A stretch of 64,000 nt of DNA from an uncultured delta proteobacterium (GCA_963823335.1 CAWGLD010000002.1:105044-169043); one strand, 5' to 3'; positions 9,986 to 20,399 are shown, counted from the stretch's first letter. The notes: generated from the sequence alone by a model not told the origin. Made by a program: numbers and translations.

Positions 9986-11767
9986 TTAGACGGCCCGCCG
10001 ACGGAGCGTCGCAGCGTAAAAATCCTCCGCGGGGCCGCTGGAGTGCTCAGCAGCGATTTGTTCCAGATACTCTTTCTGCGCTCCGGAGCGAGACAGTTTT
10101 CCAGACGTCGTTCTATGTAAGGTGTTTCGGGGTACCAACTCTATCAGGCAGTCAATGCCAAACTCTTCTCGAATCTGGCGGTGCAATCGCTTCCGCAAGT
10201 CGGCGCGTTTTTCTTCATCGGATTCGCGGCACTCCACCATCATAACGGCTCTTTCTTCTCCATTGGCGCCGGTTATCGAGAATGCCGATGTATCTCCGGT
10301 GCGTACCTCGGTCTGCTGTTCCGCCAGGTATTCAAGGTCCTGGGGCCAGATATTGCGACCGTTGAGAATAATCAGGTCTTTTTCACGGCCTGTAATCACG
10401 ATACTTTTTCCAACGCGATAGGCCAGGTCTCCGGTGTTTAACCAGCCATCGGGAGATAAAACGTCACGGGTGGAAAGGAGATCCCCAAAATAGCCGGACA
10501 TGATACTGGGACCGCGGACATAGAGTGTGCCACAATGCCGTTCTGGTAAGACCTCTCCCTGCTCATTTCTTACTTCTACTTCATATCCGGGCAGCGGGGC
10601 ACCGCAGTTGGTGAAACTGCTTGTGTGCAGGGATTTGTTGTTCTGTGAAGGATGCAGCGGTATGGCTTTTTGCTCCGTTGCCAGTGTATCGGTATCCACA
10701 TGGTCGACATCAAGCCCCTGGCCGAGGGGTGAAAAAGTTACGGCAAGAGAGCACTCCGCCATTCCGTAGCACGGTGTAAACGCGTGCCGGTCAAAGCCGG
10801 CGGGCGCCAGAAGGTCGGCGAAACTGTCGAGCGGTTCGGTACGAATCGGCTCCGCTCCGACACCGGCAACCCGCCAGGAGCTGAGATCGAAATTTTGGAC
10901 TTCTTTCTCGCGTACGCGTCTGGCCGCCAATTCGTATCCGAAGGGCGGGCTGACGGAAAGGGTCCCTTTGTTTTGCGACATCAATGTCAGCCAAAGCCGG
11001 GGTCGCATGGCAAAATCCCGTGTGCTCAGGTAGTCCACTGACAACTGGGCAGCCATAGGAGCCAGTACGAGGCCGACGAGTCCCATATCGTGAAAGTAGG
11101 GAAGCCAGGAGACCGCCCGATCTTCCGACCGGACATGAATACCATGTTTAATAATGGCAAACAGGTTGTTGAGCACGGCTTTCTGGGTGATCATGACACC
11201 ACGAGGAAAGCGTGTGCTGCCGGAAGTATATTGCAGGTATGCTATCTCATGAGGTTCCGAGGGGTGCAAGGGGGCGCTGGATTCCGGAAGATCATAAAAC
11301 TCCTGGGGACTGCCTATGAAACGCATTTTCAGATCCTGGGCAGCTTCCTTTAAATAAGAAAGAAACCCCTCGGGTGCCATACCTATATCTGCCTGGCAGA
11401 TGGAGAGGAGCCTCCTCAGTTGAGAAACGTATGCTTTTCGCCCACCCAAGTGAACTGAAGCCGGCAGCGGTACGGGTATTAAACCGGCGTACTGGCAGGC
11501 ATAAAAGAATCGCATGAAATCAGGGTGGGTATCGGCCACGATCGCCACACGCGAACCGCGGTTTGTGCCTAGATGAATTAGGCGGCGCGCCAGCGCCTGC
11601 GCATCTCTTTTAAGTTCTGCGTATGGCAACCTGGCATATAATTTTAACGCGCTGGTATAATAGTTGTATCCTGTTTTTCCCTGAGCTGCATAATCGAGCG
11701 CTTCTGCTAACGTAGAAAAATCAGCGATCCGCAACGGCAGACCGCTCACGGCAGGTGTAGCATCCAT
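9986..11767 (-). CDS. Fatty acyl-AMP ligase / acyl-ACP synthetase
   Basis: YLQYTSGSTRFPRG, SWLPYFHDMGL, YGMAE, WLNTGDL, GREKDLII and TTSGKLSR motifs. Confidence 0.9.
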   Translation of the reverse strand: MDATPAVSGLPLRIADFSTLAEALDYAAQGKTGYNYYTSALKLYARLPYAELKRDAQALARRLIHLGTNRGSRVAIVADTHPDFMRFFYACQYAGLIPVPLPASVHLGGRKAYVSQLRRLLSICQADIGMAPEGFLSYLKEAAQDLKMRFIGSPQEFYDLPESSAPLHPSEPHEIAYLQYTSGSTRFPRGVMITQKAVLNNLFAIIKHGIHVRSEDRAVSWLPYFHDMGLVGLVLAPMAAQLSVDYLSTRDFAMRPRLWLTLMSQNKGTLSVSPPFGYELAARRVREKEVQNFDLSSWRVAGVGAEPIRTEPLDSFADLLAPAGFDRHAFTPCYGMAECSLAVTFSPLGQGLDVDHVDTDTLATEQKAIPLHPSQNNKSLHTSSFTNCGAPLPGYEVEVRNEQGEVLPERHCGTLYVRGPSIMSGYFGDLLSTRDVLSPDGWLNTGDLAYRVGKSIVITGREKDLIILNGRNIWPQDLEYLAEQQTEVRTGDTSAFSITGANGEERAVMMVECRESDEEKRADLRKRLHRQIREEFGIDCLIELVPRNTLHRTTSGKLSRSGAQKEYLEQIAAEHSSGPAEDFYAATLRRRAV

Positions 11768-11991
11768 AGCGACTATAGCCTCCTATATGCAATCAGGTCA
11801 GTGAAGCATCTTTCCATAACAGAAATAGCCTTACTAACCTAAAATCCGAAAATCAACACTGATATCGTTTTTTTTCATATCTAAATACAATTCATTTACC
11901 GACATGGCTTTTACCTGATTTAGACTTAAATGTCAAATGCTTGATGGATTAATTTTAAAAGCCGACTAAAATTAAGCTTACTAATATATAT

Positions 11992-12795
11992 TCAAGTTTG
12001 CTCTTTTGCAACATTTTTTTCTACCAATTCCCAGTCACTGACCGAATCGACGTCCACAGCAGCGTCGGCAAAAGGCATGATAACGGCACCCGCCTTAAAT
12101 CCAAAACGCTTTGAAATAATAGATAATATGTCATAAAGGGACAGCTTTCCCATCAGATAACGCAGCACCGCTACCCATCCAAATTTTCGAATCATACGAA
12201 AGGGCTTTTTGCGCTCGGACTCTACCTGCCGCCAGTAATTCGCTGCCAGACGTGCCTCCGGGGTCAGGAAAGCGAACAGGTTACATCCGCAATAAGCACC
12301 ATCCTGCAACCGTGTGGCGGTTCTACGCGTTTCGGGGTGGGCTTTCATCACATCCTCGTGCCGGGCAACGCCGACAACCACATCGCAATTTGTGGTCCTT
12401 GCCTCGCTACAAAAATAGTCCACCATCCGTGGGGTCAACATGGCATGGTCCGCCGTTGTCAATAAAACCGGAATGTCCTTGGGCAGGGTTTGCAGAACAT
12501 GATAGGCACTTGAACTTGGTGTCTCCCGGTTTTCAAACCAGGCGATTTTTCCGCTTGCAATCAGATCCAGAAGACCGGATTCCCGGTCTACAATGTGTTT
12601 GGGCGGGCCACACAAAATCCTCTGGTCGATTTCCCGGGATGCATCCAGCGCGCTTAAAACGCGAAAAACCATCGGGATGCCGCCAATGGGTGCCAAGGAT
12701 TTACATGGAACACCAGCGGCCTTGGCAACGGGGTCATCGGGGCTGCGGTCTGCGGCAAGAACCAGGGCCGTAAATTTATCTTGTGGCTGAATCAT
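11992..12795 (-). CDS. MobA-like NTP transferase, sphingolipid head-group pathway candidate
   Basis: ALVLAA...DPVAKAAGVPCKSL, LLTTADHA, YCGCNLF and AAVDVD motifs. Lies within the sphingolipid cluster. Confidence 0.78.
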   Translation of the reverse strand: MIQPQDKFTALVLAADRSPDDPVAKAAGVPCKSLAPIGGIPMVFRVLSALDASREIDQRILCGPPKHIVDRESGLLDLIASGKIAWFENRETPSSSAYHVLQTLPKDIPVLLTTADHAMLTPRMVDYFCSEARTTNCDVVVGVARHEDVMKAHPETRRTATRLQDGAYCGCNLFAFLTPEARLAANYWRQVESERKKPFRMIRKFGWVAVLRYLMGKLSLYDILSIISKRFGFKAGAVIMPFADAAVDVDSVSDWELVEKNVAKEQT

Positions 12796-12883
12796 CGTGT
12801 CGACGATTTTATTCCGTCATTTAAGACCTGGTCCTTTGGGCCGGGTCAGAGATATGTGGCTATGCCGATGGTGGCAGTTACAC

Positions 12884-13181
12884 AAATCCGAAGCACGAAA
12901 TTCGAAATCCTAAACAATATCGAATGATCCAAATTCGAATGATCAAAACAAGACCTTGGAAATAATCGTTCAAGCACTATGTTTGAACCGAAAAAGCGAG
13001 CGCATTCCCCGTAGGTTCTGCCGTTCGGCAGTGCTTCGCATGCTGCGGGGTTAGCGAGCGAATCTAGATTAGACAGAATTCCTTACGGTCGAACATTCCT
13101 CGTAGCTTGCTGCGAGCTTCAATCATTTGAGCATTTGATATTTGGATTTGTTTCGCATTTCGATATTTGGATTTAGAATTT
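12884..13181. repeat. Inverted heptamer-periodic arms enclosing an expanded family-B element (12983-13122)
   Basis: Left arm AAATCCGAAGCACGAAATTCGAAATCC..., right arm ...TTTCGATATTTGGATTTAGAATTT. Inner element TTGAACCGAAAAAGCGAGCGCATTCCCCGTAG...CGTAGCTTGCTGCGAGCTTCAA. Confidence 0.7.
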
Positions 13182-13259
13182 ATCACACCCTGAATATGCA
13201 TAATATTAATCCCTTATAGGGCCGAACCAGTGCCGGGCCCTTTGGACCCGGGTATCTAC

Positions 13260-14447
13260 TCAGCTGTCACTCCCTGCCAACTGCTTGCTGTAAATACGGT
13301 AGGTTTTATAGACCCAGCCGCCAATAGATTCGATTATGGCGCGCATTCCCTTATTGTCCTCCAGGATCCAGGAAAGTTCCACTTCTTTAATACCGCGGCT
13401 TACGCCATATTGCTGGGTACTGCTGATTACGCCGAATGCAAGGGCTGCCCCCATGAGGCTGTCGTGAAATCGGCAGCGAACGCCCATCAGGGGGATTCGT
13501 GCCGATTTCGGGTATCTTACTTTGAGACGCCATAATATTTTAAGCCAGCCAAAGGGCAAAAGCCTGCCGTTTAGATCCCGAATGACCTCATTTAAGTTCG
13601 GCAGGACAACTATGAAGGCGGCCGGTTCGCCATCGACTTCGGCGATTTTCACCAGTTTTTCATCGGCCAGCATTTTTAAATCCTTACCCAGGTGCTCGAA
13701 TTCCTTGTTCGTGAAAGGCACAAAACTCCAGTTCTGTGACCAGGCATCATTGAAAATATCCCTGATTATCTGTAATTCATCAGAAAAGTTAGACATGTTC
13801 AGGTTTCTGATGTGCATTCGATTCTTGGCCCTCGCCAGGATGGATTTAGCTGCCGCGGGCATCTCAACTGTCGAGTTTATGTTATACGCCAGCAGGTCTT
13901 TTGTTTTGCGATAGCCATTTTCTTCGATTCGGTCGCCGTAATAGGGACACGCATGGCCCATCATCATCGATGGTGGGGTGTCGAAACCGTCCACCAGCAA
14001 TCCCAGTTCCTGATTGATGGACAGGTTAAAAGGGCCGTAGATCCGTTGCATTCCCCGGTTGCGCAACCATGCTTCCGCCTCATTCAGCAAGGTTTGAAAA
14101 AGCCGGCTGTTGTCCGCTGCTTCCAACATCCCGAAAAAACCGGTGGCATCCTGATAGCGGTCAATATGCAGCTGGTCGATTTGAGCACTGACCCGTCCTA
14201 CAGGTTTACCATCCTGGTAGGCAACCCATGAACAAAATTTTGCATGTTCAAAATAGGGATTTTTGGGAGAAAGATGCATACGACGTTCAAGGAGCAGGGG
14301 CGGAACCCACATCGGGTCATTGGCATAAAGCGACCAGGGAAGGCGAATAAAGTCATTTAAGGTGTTACGGTTTTCCACCTTTACGATCTTTATTTTTTCG
14401 TCGGGATGCCCGGGTTGATGGCTCCCTGGCACTTTCGCAAAATTCAT
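13260..14447 (-). CDS. bcerS: GNAT-fold N-acyltransferase, bacterial ceramide synthase (bCerS)-like
   Basis: FIRLPWSLYANDPMWVPPL, VGRVSAQID, GPFNLSINQELGLLVDGF, FNDAWSQNW and ELSWILEDN motifs. RBS GAGG before ATG 14447. Confidence 0.78.
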   Translation of the reverse strand: MNFAKVPGSHQPGHPDEKIKIVKVENRNTLNDFIRLPWSLYANDPMWVPPLLLERRMHLSPKNPYFEHAKFCSWVAYQDGKPVGRVSAQIDQLHIDRYQDATGFFGMLEAADNSRLFQTLLNEAEAWLRNRGMQRIYGPFNLSINQELGLLVDGFDTPPSMMMGHACPYYGDRIEENGYRKTKDLLAYNINSTVEMPAAAKSILARAKNRMHIRNLNMSNFSDELQIIRDIFNDAWSQNWSFVPFTNKEFEHLGKDLKMLADEKLVKIAEVDGEPAAFIVVLPNLNEVIRDLNGRLLPFGWLKILWRLKVRYPKSARIPLMGVRCRFHDSLMGAALAFGVISSTQQYGVSRGIKEVELSWILEDNKGMRAIIESIGGWVYKTYRIYSKQLAGSDS

Positions 14448-14716
14448 GCAATTGTCCTCGGTCTGATTTCTGGGGGCATATGACGCCCAAATATCGTTTC
14501 GGGGCATGATACACAGGCAGTAAAACCAGGTCAATATTAAAAACGTACGTTGATATTGCCTATCTTTTTAGATATATTTCATTTTTAGCAAAGAACTCTT
14601 TACAAAAAAAATTAATTTTGTATTGTAAAGAGTTTTCGGCAGTGGGTAAAGTTATAGAAAATACCTTGGATTCTTCAATTGATGAACCTGATTATGTTAC
14701 AAGTGGAAATAACCCT

Positions 14717-15508
14717 ATGAAAGCAGTCATATTAAGTGCAGGGCAGGGGAAACGTCTGCTGCCACTGACAGCGGATCGCCCAAAATGCATTCTTCCCATT
14801 AGGGGACAGACTCTCGTTGAATGGCAAATTGACGAACTTGCCAAATGTGGAATCGACCAGGTGACCGTTGTCGTGGGGTATCGTGCGCACAAAGTCGAAG
14901 AAATTCTGCGCGCACGTTATAGTTCCAACCGGGTACGTACGGTTTACAATGAGGCTTTTGCTGTTTCAGACAACCTGGTGAGCTGCTGGACTGTCCAGGA
15001 CGAGATGGACGAAGAATTTATTTTACTGAACGGCGATACCTTGTTTGAGGCGGCTGTGTTGAAGCGTTTACTTGGCACAGGCGGTCATCCCGTAACCGTG
15101 GTCATCAACCAGAAAAATGCCTATGACGCGGACGACATGAAGGTCGAACTGGAAGGGTGCCGACTGGTCAAGATCGGCAAAGATCTATCGCCCGGTCAGG
15201 TTCACGGTGAATCCATCGGTATGATCCTGTTTCAAGACCAGGGCCCGATGTTGTTCCGCGACGCCATGGAGAAAGCCCTGCGCGATCCTGCTGCACAGAA
15301 AAAATACTATCTGTCGGTCATCGATGATCTGGCCCGGAAATTTCCGGTGTGGACCTGCTTGATTAACGGTCTGCAGTGGTGTGAAGTCGATTTTAAAGCA
15401 GACCTTAAACAGGCGGAAAAAGTCGTAGCGGCCTGTTGCCCCGACCGGCAGAGGAACGCCGGAGACGACACCTGCCAGTCAACCGGGGCAACCCTGTCGA
15501 ACCTCTAA
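14717..15508 (+). CDS. Nucleotidyltransferase (LicC/phosphocholine cytidylyltransferase family)
   Basis: MKAVILSAGQGKRL, PKCIL, LLNGDTLF, DADDMKV, GESIGM and WCEVDF motifs. Start at 14717 preferred. Confidence 0.85.
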   Translation: MKAVILSAGQGKRLLPLTADRPKCILPIRGQTLVEWQIDELAKCGIDQVTVVVGYRAHKVEEILRARYSSNRVRTVYNEAFAVSDNLVSCWTVQDEMDEEFILLNGDTLFEAAVLKRLLGTGGHPVTVVINQKNAYDADDMKVELEGCRLVKIGKDLSPGQVHGESIGMILFQDQGPMLFRDAMEKALRDPAAQKKYYLSVIDDLARKFPVWTCLINGLQWCEVDFKADLKQAEKVVAACCPDRQRNAGDDTCQSTGATLSNL

Positions 15509-15658
15509 CCCAGCTATGTTGCCGGCTCAACGAACGAACCTGTATCTGTATTTGACAGAATTCCTCACAACTCAAGACTCCTTGCAGCTTGTAGAAGATC
15601 CTGTTTTATCAGGCGGCCTGGAATCTTCGATCTAAAAATCGGATAGTTATAGGACAAA

Positions 15659-16735
15659 ATGATTATTGACCGTTATATAATGCGGGAAATCATCAAACCA
15701 ACGCTGGCGATCTGTGCGATCCTGATCTTGATTTTTGGGTGCTACATGGCAACGGGTTTCCTGATGGACGCTCTTGCCGGTCAATTACCGGGTACAACGA
15801 TCCTCCTGCTAATTCTGCTTAGAATCGTTATCGCGCTGGAGGTGTTGTTACCCACTACCTTGTATTTGTCGGTGGTCATCGCCCTTGGACGGCTGTATAA
15901 AGATTCAGAAATGACCGCTCTATTTGCTTGTGGTGTCGGTACCGGGCGCGTGTTACAGCCGGTCTTTTACTCCGCCCTGATCATTGCGCTGATTGTTGCC
16001 AGCCTGTCCCTTTTCATAAGACCCTTGGCTTACGACAGATATTACCGATTAAAGGCCCAGGCCCAGGGAACGTTCGATCTTTCTCGCATGAATGACGAAA
16101 CTTTTTATGAAACTGCGGACGGCAGACGCATCATCTACGCCCAAAAGGTAGACCACCAGCGAGATAGAGCCAAACGCGTTTTTATTCGAACTGAACGTGA
16201 TGATACGTTGCAGGTTATTCATGCCAGGCGAGCCAGTCAAACCGAAGATCCAGTATCCGGAAAAAAAATTATCGTATTCAGCGATGGCTATCTTTATGAA
16301 TTTTCGCGCACAGGAGACCATGGCAGGGTCCTTCAATTTGAAAAATCAGCAATGACCTTGGAGCCCACAGAAAATCTGCTGCTGCGGTACCGTGTCAAAG
16401 CGGCCACGACCAGATCTATTGCCCGGTCGACCGATCGTGAAGAAATCGCCGAATTCCAGTGGCGCCTTTCGACGCCGTTGGCCACTATCATGCTGGCGCT
16501 GTTGGGTGTCCCACTGAGCCGCTCATCCCCACGCCAGGACAAATATACCAAAGTCACCACGGCCGTGGTGATTTTTGCCGTTTATTACAATCTCAGCGCC
16601 TTGGCAAAGAAGTGGGTTGAAAAAGGTGTCCTCGATACCTTTCCTGGAATTTGGTGGGTTCAGTTTCTGATGGCCGGACTGTTGTTGTGTCTTTTCTGGC
16701 AGCCAATGCTGGATTTCTTCCGGCGGGGCAGGTAA
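15659..16735 (+). CDS. lptF: LptF-family (YjgP/YjgQ) lipid export permease
   Basis: MIIDRYIMREI, LGRLYKDSEMTA and AEFQWRLSTPL motifs with six-TM architecture. Confidence 0.88.
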   Translation: MIIDRYIMREIIKPTLAICAILILIFGCYMATGFLMDALAGQLPGTTILLLILLRIVIALEVLLPTTLYLSVVIALGRLYKDSEMTALFACGVGTGRVLQPVFYSALIIALIVASLSLFIRPLAYDRYYRLKAQAQGTFDLSRMNDETFYETADGRRIIYAQKVDHQRDRAKRVFIRTERDDTLQVIHARRASQTEDPVSGKKIIVFSDGYLYEFSRTGDHGRVLQFEKSAMTLEPTENLLLRYRVKAATTRSIARSTDREEIAEFQWRLSTPLATIMLALLGVPLSRSSPRQDKYTKVTTAVVIFAVYYNLSALAKKWVEKGVLDTFPGIWWVQFLMAGLLLCLFWQPMLDFFRRGR

Positions 16736-16742
16736 TACCTAA

Positions 16743-17810
16743 ATGAAAACCATCGATCGACATATCGGCAGCAGTTTCCTGCGCAGCTTCGGGCTGGTTG
16801 TGATCATTTTGGTCGTGTTGTTCAGTTTTCTGGAATTGTTGTCCCAGTTGGATGATGCCGGCAAAGGGAATTATCAGGTCCAGGATGTTTTTTTGTTCAT
16901 TGGTTTGACACTCCCGAAACGCATGCTTGACTTGATGCCTATCAGTACATTGCTCGGCAGCGTCGTCGCCCTGGGTTTACTGGCCGACCATGGAGAACTG
17001 CTCGCCATGCAGGCCGGCGGAATATCGGTTCAGCGGATTTGCTGGTCGATGTTTGCCACTGGAATGGTTCTGATATTTTTAACCGCCCTGCTGGCAGAAA
17101 TGATTGTGCCGCCACTGGACCAGCTGGCCCGCAAAAATAGAGCCCGGGCAATATCCGGCTCAGAATTCACATTAACAAAGCAGGGCTTCTGGGCGCGACG
17201 TGGTTCTACATATATCCATGTCGGTAAAACGCATTCCGGCGGTGTTGCCAACGATCTGGATATTTTCGAGGCGGATGAGACGGGCCGTCTAAAGACGTAT
17301 ACATATGCCCGCGAGGCGAACATCCAGAACAAGGATCAATGGGTACTCAGGGAGATTACCCGCAAAAAATTTACCGATGAGGGTATGGAAACAACACGCA
17401 TGCCCAGTTTGATACTGGATTCGTTTTTAAGCTCGGAACAGGTTGGATTTCTTGAAATACCGGCTGACAGTCTGTCTTCTTCCGATCTTTACCGGTATGC
17501 TGAGGCCATGCGTGCAAATGGACAAAATGTCGATCGTTATGCGTTGTCTCTGTGGCGCAAGTTAAGCGTGCCTTTGTCGACCGGTGCTATGGTGTTACTT
17601 TCGCTTACGTTTGTTTTCGGCTTCACGCGCAGGATCACAGCTGGTAAACGTATCATGATGGGTTCCTTTGTAGGGGTTATTTTTTATTCCGGCGACCAGG
17701 TTATTGTCCATCTGGGGCTGCTGTTGAGCCTCAGTCCCATGATTACCGCGATGACTCCGGTCGTATTGATTTCAGCAATTGCGCTCTGGAAATTGCGACG
17801 GGTGGTATAA
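16743..17810 (+). CDS. lptG: LptG-family (YjgP/YjgQ) lipid export permease
   Basis: IDRHIG, LGLLADHGELLAMQAGGIS and LWRKLSVPL motifs. Tandem with lptF. Confidence 0.88.
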   Translation: MKTIDRHIGSSFLRSFGLVVIILVVLFSFLELLSQLDDAGKGNYQVQDVFLFIGLTLPKRMLDLMPISTLLGSVVALGLLADHGELLAMQAGGISVQRICWSMFATGMVLIFLTALLAEMIVPPLDQLARKNRARAISGSEFTLTKQGFWARRGSTYIHVGKTHSGGVANDLDIFEADETGRLKTYTYAREANIQNKDQWVLREITRKKFTDEGMETTRMPSLILDSFLSSEQVGFLEIPADSLSSSDLYRYAEAMRANGQNVDRYALSLWRKLSVPLSTGAMVLLSLTFVFGFTRRITAGKRIMMGSFVGVIFYSGDQVIVHLGLLLSLSPMITAMTPVVLISAIALWKLRRVV

Positions 17811-17855
17811 TCCTTTTGATTCAACATTCGATGTTGGGCGTTCGATGTTCGATGT

Positions 17856-18869
17856 TCATTCGTTTTTTTGCACCGGGTTACTGAGCCGTTGCTCACTCTC
17901 TCTGATAAATCGCTTGTCAGAGGGTGAGTAAATGCGGATCTCACGTCTTACTATCCAACCAGTGTCGACGTGTGTTATACGATAGATATCGTAACGGGCG
18001 CGGCGTTCAGGTGTGCGGCTGAGAGCCGAAACCGAAGGTATGCCGACAACCGGCAGATTGCCACTCTGGGTTTGCAGGTTGTGCCGCAGGGCCTCATGAG
18101 CGTGACCATGCAGAATCAACTCGGCGCCATAACGCGCCAGAAGCGCCTGCAAGGCCGTCGCATCTGTCAGGCGTTTTCGCCAGCTGACCGAACCGGGTAC
18201 CGGTGGATGGTGGATCAGCACGACCCGGTAAAATCGTTTTCGGGCTGTTTGGGACAAGATTGTGGCCAGTTTTTGCAACTGGCTTATACCGACACTTCCC
18301 ACGGCCAAATGCGGTGCGCTGGGCCGGGCAGTGCAAACACCGATAATGGCAACACAGCCCCTGGTGCGTAAGCTGGGAAAGATGGCGTTGGTACCTTCTA
18401 AACTGTGGTCATCTTTTTGGAGGTTTTCCGAGAGCATATAGTCGGTCCAGTGGGCCATGGTTTGATGCCAGTCGGTTTTAACATAGGTGTCGTGATTACC
18501 GGGAATGACGGTAATTTTTGTCGGGGGGCCTAAGGACTGCAGCCATTGTCTGGCTTTTATAAATTCGGCCGGTAGGCTCAGGTGAGTCAGATCGCCGGTG
18601 ACGGCAATGTGATCGGGGTCCGTCCGGGCAAGGTCTGTTTTCAGGGCTGCCAAAACGTGATCTCCGTGCTCGGCACCGCGGTGCAGTTTCCATCTTAAAT
18701 ACCCCAACAGGCGTTTACCGGCCAAATCCCGGCCGGTAATCTCCTTCATGCAGGAAATATGCGGGTCGGAAAGATGGGCCAACGCAAACGTTTTAGACGC
18801 CACCTGTTTATCCGGTATGGGAGATCGATCATCGATCGTTTGGGATATGGTGAATTTTTTAGAAATCAT
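17856..18869 (-). CDS. Calcineurin-like metallophosphoesterase
   Basis: LSDPH, TGDLT, PGNHD, HHPP and HGHAH motifs. Confidence 0.88.
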   Translation of the reverse strand: MISKKFTISQTIDDRSPIPDKQVASKTFALAHLSDPHISCMKEITGRDLAGKRLLGYLRWKLHRGAEHGDHVLAALKTDLARTDPDHIAVTGDLTHLSLPAEFIKARQWLQSLGPPTKITVIPGNHDTYVKTDWHQTMAHWTDYMLSENLQKDDHSLEGTNAIFPSLRTRGCVAIIGVCTARPSAPHLAVGSVGISQLQKLATILSQTARKRFYRVVLIHHPPVPGSVSWRKRLTDATALQALLARYGAELILHGHAHEALRHNLQTQSGNLPVVGIPSVSALSRTPERRARYDIYRITHVDTGWIVRREIRIYSPSDKRFIRESEQRLSNPVQKNE

Positions 18870-18921
18870 TTGTGGTTGATATAGTAATTAGATATTTATT
18901 GCAAGCAGCCGGCCTTAACGA

Positions 18922-18997
18922 TTGAAGAACCCGGCAGCAAGATCCAGGTGAGCTCAGTCGTGCCACCACGGGGGCTGTGCTCGCTGCAGCGGCTCAA
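18922..18997 (-). repeat. Family-B short element, inverted, with an internal insertion
   Basis: Reverse complement reads TTGAGCCGCTGCAGCGAGCACAGCCCCCGTGG[insert]CTTGCTGCCGGGTTCTTCAA. Confidence 0.6.
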
Positions 18998-19014
18998 CGC
19001 CGATGGTCCAATGG

Positions 19015-19144
19015 TTGATTGTTCTACAAACCGCGTGCTTGGCCCGCGGTTCCGAACCTGAACTTACGGAGACGTGCCGTCTCCTTTGTTTTTCCCCCAT
19101 TTTGGGGGAAATCCAAGCCACCCGTTTCACGGGTGGTAGTTGAC
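19015..19144 (-). mobile_element. 130-bp four-hairpin element, family C, copy 1 (end resembles IS200/IS605 IscB-type ends)
   Basis: Near-identical to 33317-33447. Minus strand begins GTCAACTACCACCCGTGAAACGGGTGGCTTG. Confidence 0.72.
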
Positions 19145-19173
19145 TTCGATCTGTCCGAAAGAGGATACGATAT

Positions 19174-20370
19174 ATGTCTATTTCTGGTCACATAATCGGT
19201 GACAGTCCCGTAAAAATATGGGGATTGACATCTTACGAACGAAAATCTCGTGTTCTAAAAAGTGCTGGTGTGACACACATTGTGGATGATATTGCCGCTG
19301 TGCCGGAGGGCAGTTCGGTCCTGTTGCTCAGGGGCGATTTACTGTTTGATGACCGGGTGATCAACTACCTGGTGCAGACACCTGATACCCTGTTGAAGAT
19401 TCCGCAAGGGCCCACAGATGTATGTGTTGCCGCACATGTTGCCATGGACCAGGCCATTGAAGCCCGGAACGCGATTTCAGAACCATCCAGCACGGTATTT
19501 CCAGTGGGAATAAAGATCGAAACACTGGATAAGCTGTCCATCTCTTTTCAACAAAGGCTGCTCAAATTCGATCCACCCTTTGTGCTGCCGATCAAATCTG
19601 AGCACAAACGAGATTTAGAGCGTCGGCTTTTTGACTGGTCATATAAAGGGGTGACCGATTGTGTCACCAAGTGGGTCTGGCCGCGCCCGGCGCGATGGGT
19701 TGTCGGCCAATGTGTCCGCTTTGGATTTCGACCGAACCATGTAACCGTTCTGGGCTTGTTTCTGGCCATACTGGCAGGAATTTTATTTGCTTATGGCTGG
19801 TATGGCTCGGGCTTGCTGGCCGGCTGGCTGATGACATTTTTGGATACTGTGGATGGTAAACTGGCCCGTGTTACCGTTACGTCCAGCAAGTTCGGTCATT
19901 ATTTCGATCACATCATTGATCTGGTCCATCCACCCCTGTGGTACATTTTCTGGGGGTTGGGTATGTCCCAGGTCAATTTTGGCGGGTTGTCCCGTACCAT
20001 TGTATTCTGGATGATCGTGGCCGGCTATATCGGCGGTCGTCTTGTGGAAGGTGTTTTTCTGACCTGGCTGGGCAAATTCGGAATCTTCTGCTGGCGTCCC
20101 ATGGACGCTTATTTTAGACTGATTACGGCGCGGCGCAATCCGTGTTTGCTTTTGTTGACAGTCGGTTATCTTACGGGTTTTCCGGACTGGGGTTTGTTTG
20201 CGGTGGCCGTCTGGACCGTGGCGACCAGCATTTTCCTGCTTATACGCCTTCTGATGGCACTCAAAACACGGCTGGCGGATGGTCCCATACGGACCTGGTT
20301 TTTGGATATCGACCCGGGCAGGCGGCAGCAACCACTGGCAGTCAGATTGTTTACGCATCGCGTGGAGTGA
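19174..20370 (+). CDS. CDP-alcohol phosphotransferase family protein (CpgA-like)
   Basis: PNHVT and FLDTVDGKLARVT...FGHYFDHIID CDP-alcohol motif, N-terminal soluble domain and C-terminal TMs. Confidence 0.87.
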   Translation: MSISGHIIGDSPVKIWGLTSYERKSRVLKSAGVTHIVDDIAAVPEGSSVLLLRGDLLFDDRVINYLVQTPDTLLKIPQGPTDVCVAAHVAMDQAIEARNAISEPSSTVFPVGIKIETLDKLSISFQQRLLKFDPPFVLPIKSEHKRDLERRLFDWSYKGVTDCVTKWVWPRPARWVVGQCVRFGFRPNHVTVLGLFLAILAGILFAYGWYGSGLLAGWLMTFLDTVDGKLARVTVTSSKFGHYFDHIIDLVHPPLWYIFWGLGMSQVNFGGLSRTIVFWMIVAGYIGGRLVEGVFLTWLGKFGIFCWRPMDAYFRLITARRNPCLLLLTVGYLTGFPDWGLFAVAVWTVATSIFLLIRLLMALKTRLADGPIRTWFLDIDPGRRQQPLAVRLFTHRVE

Positions 20371-20399
20371 TTGAGAGATACGCTTTTGGAGAGGTATAG

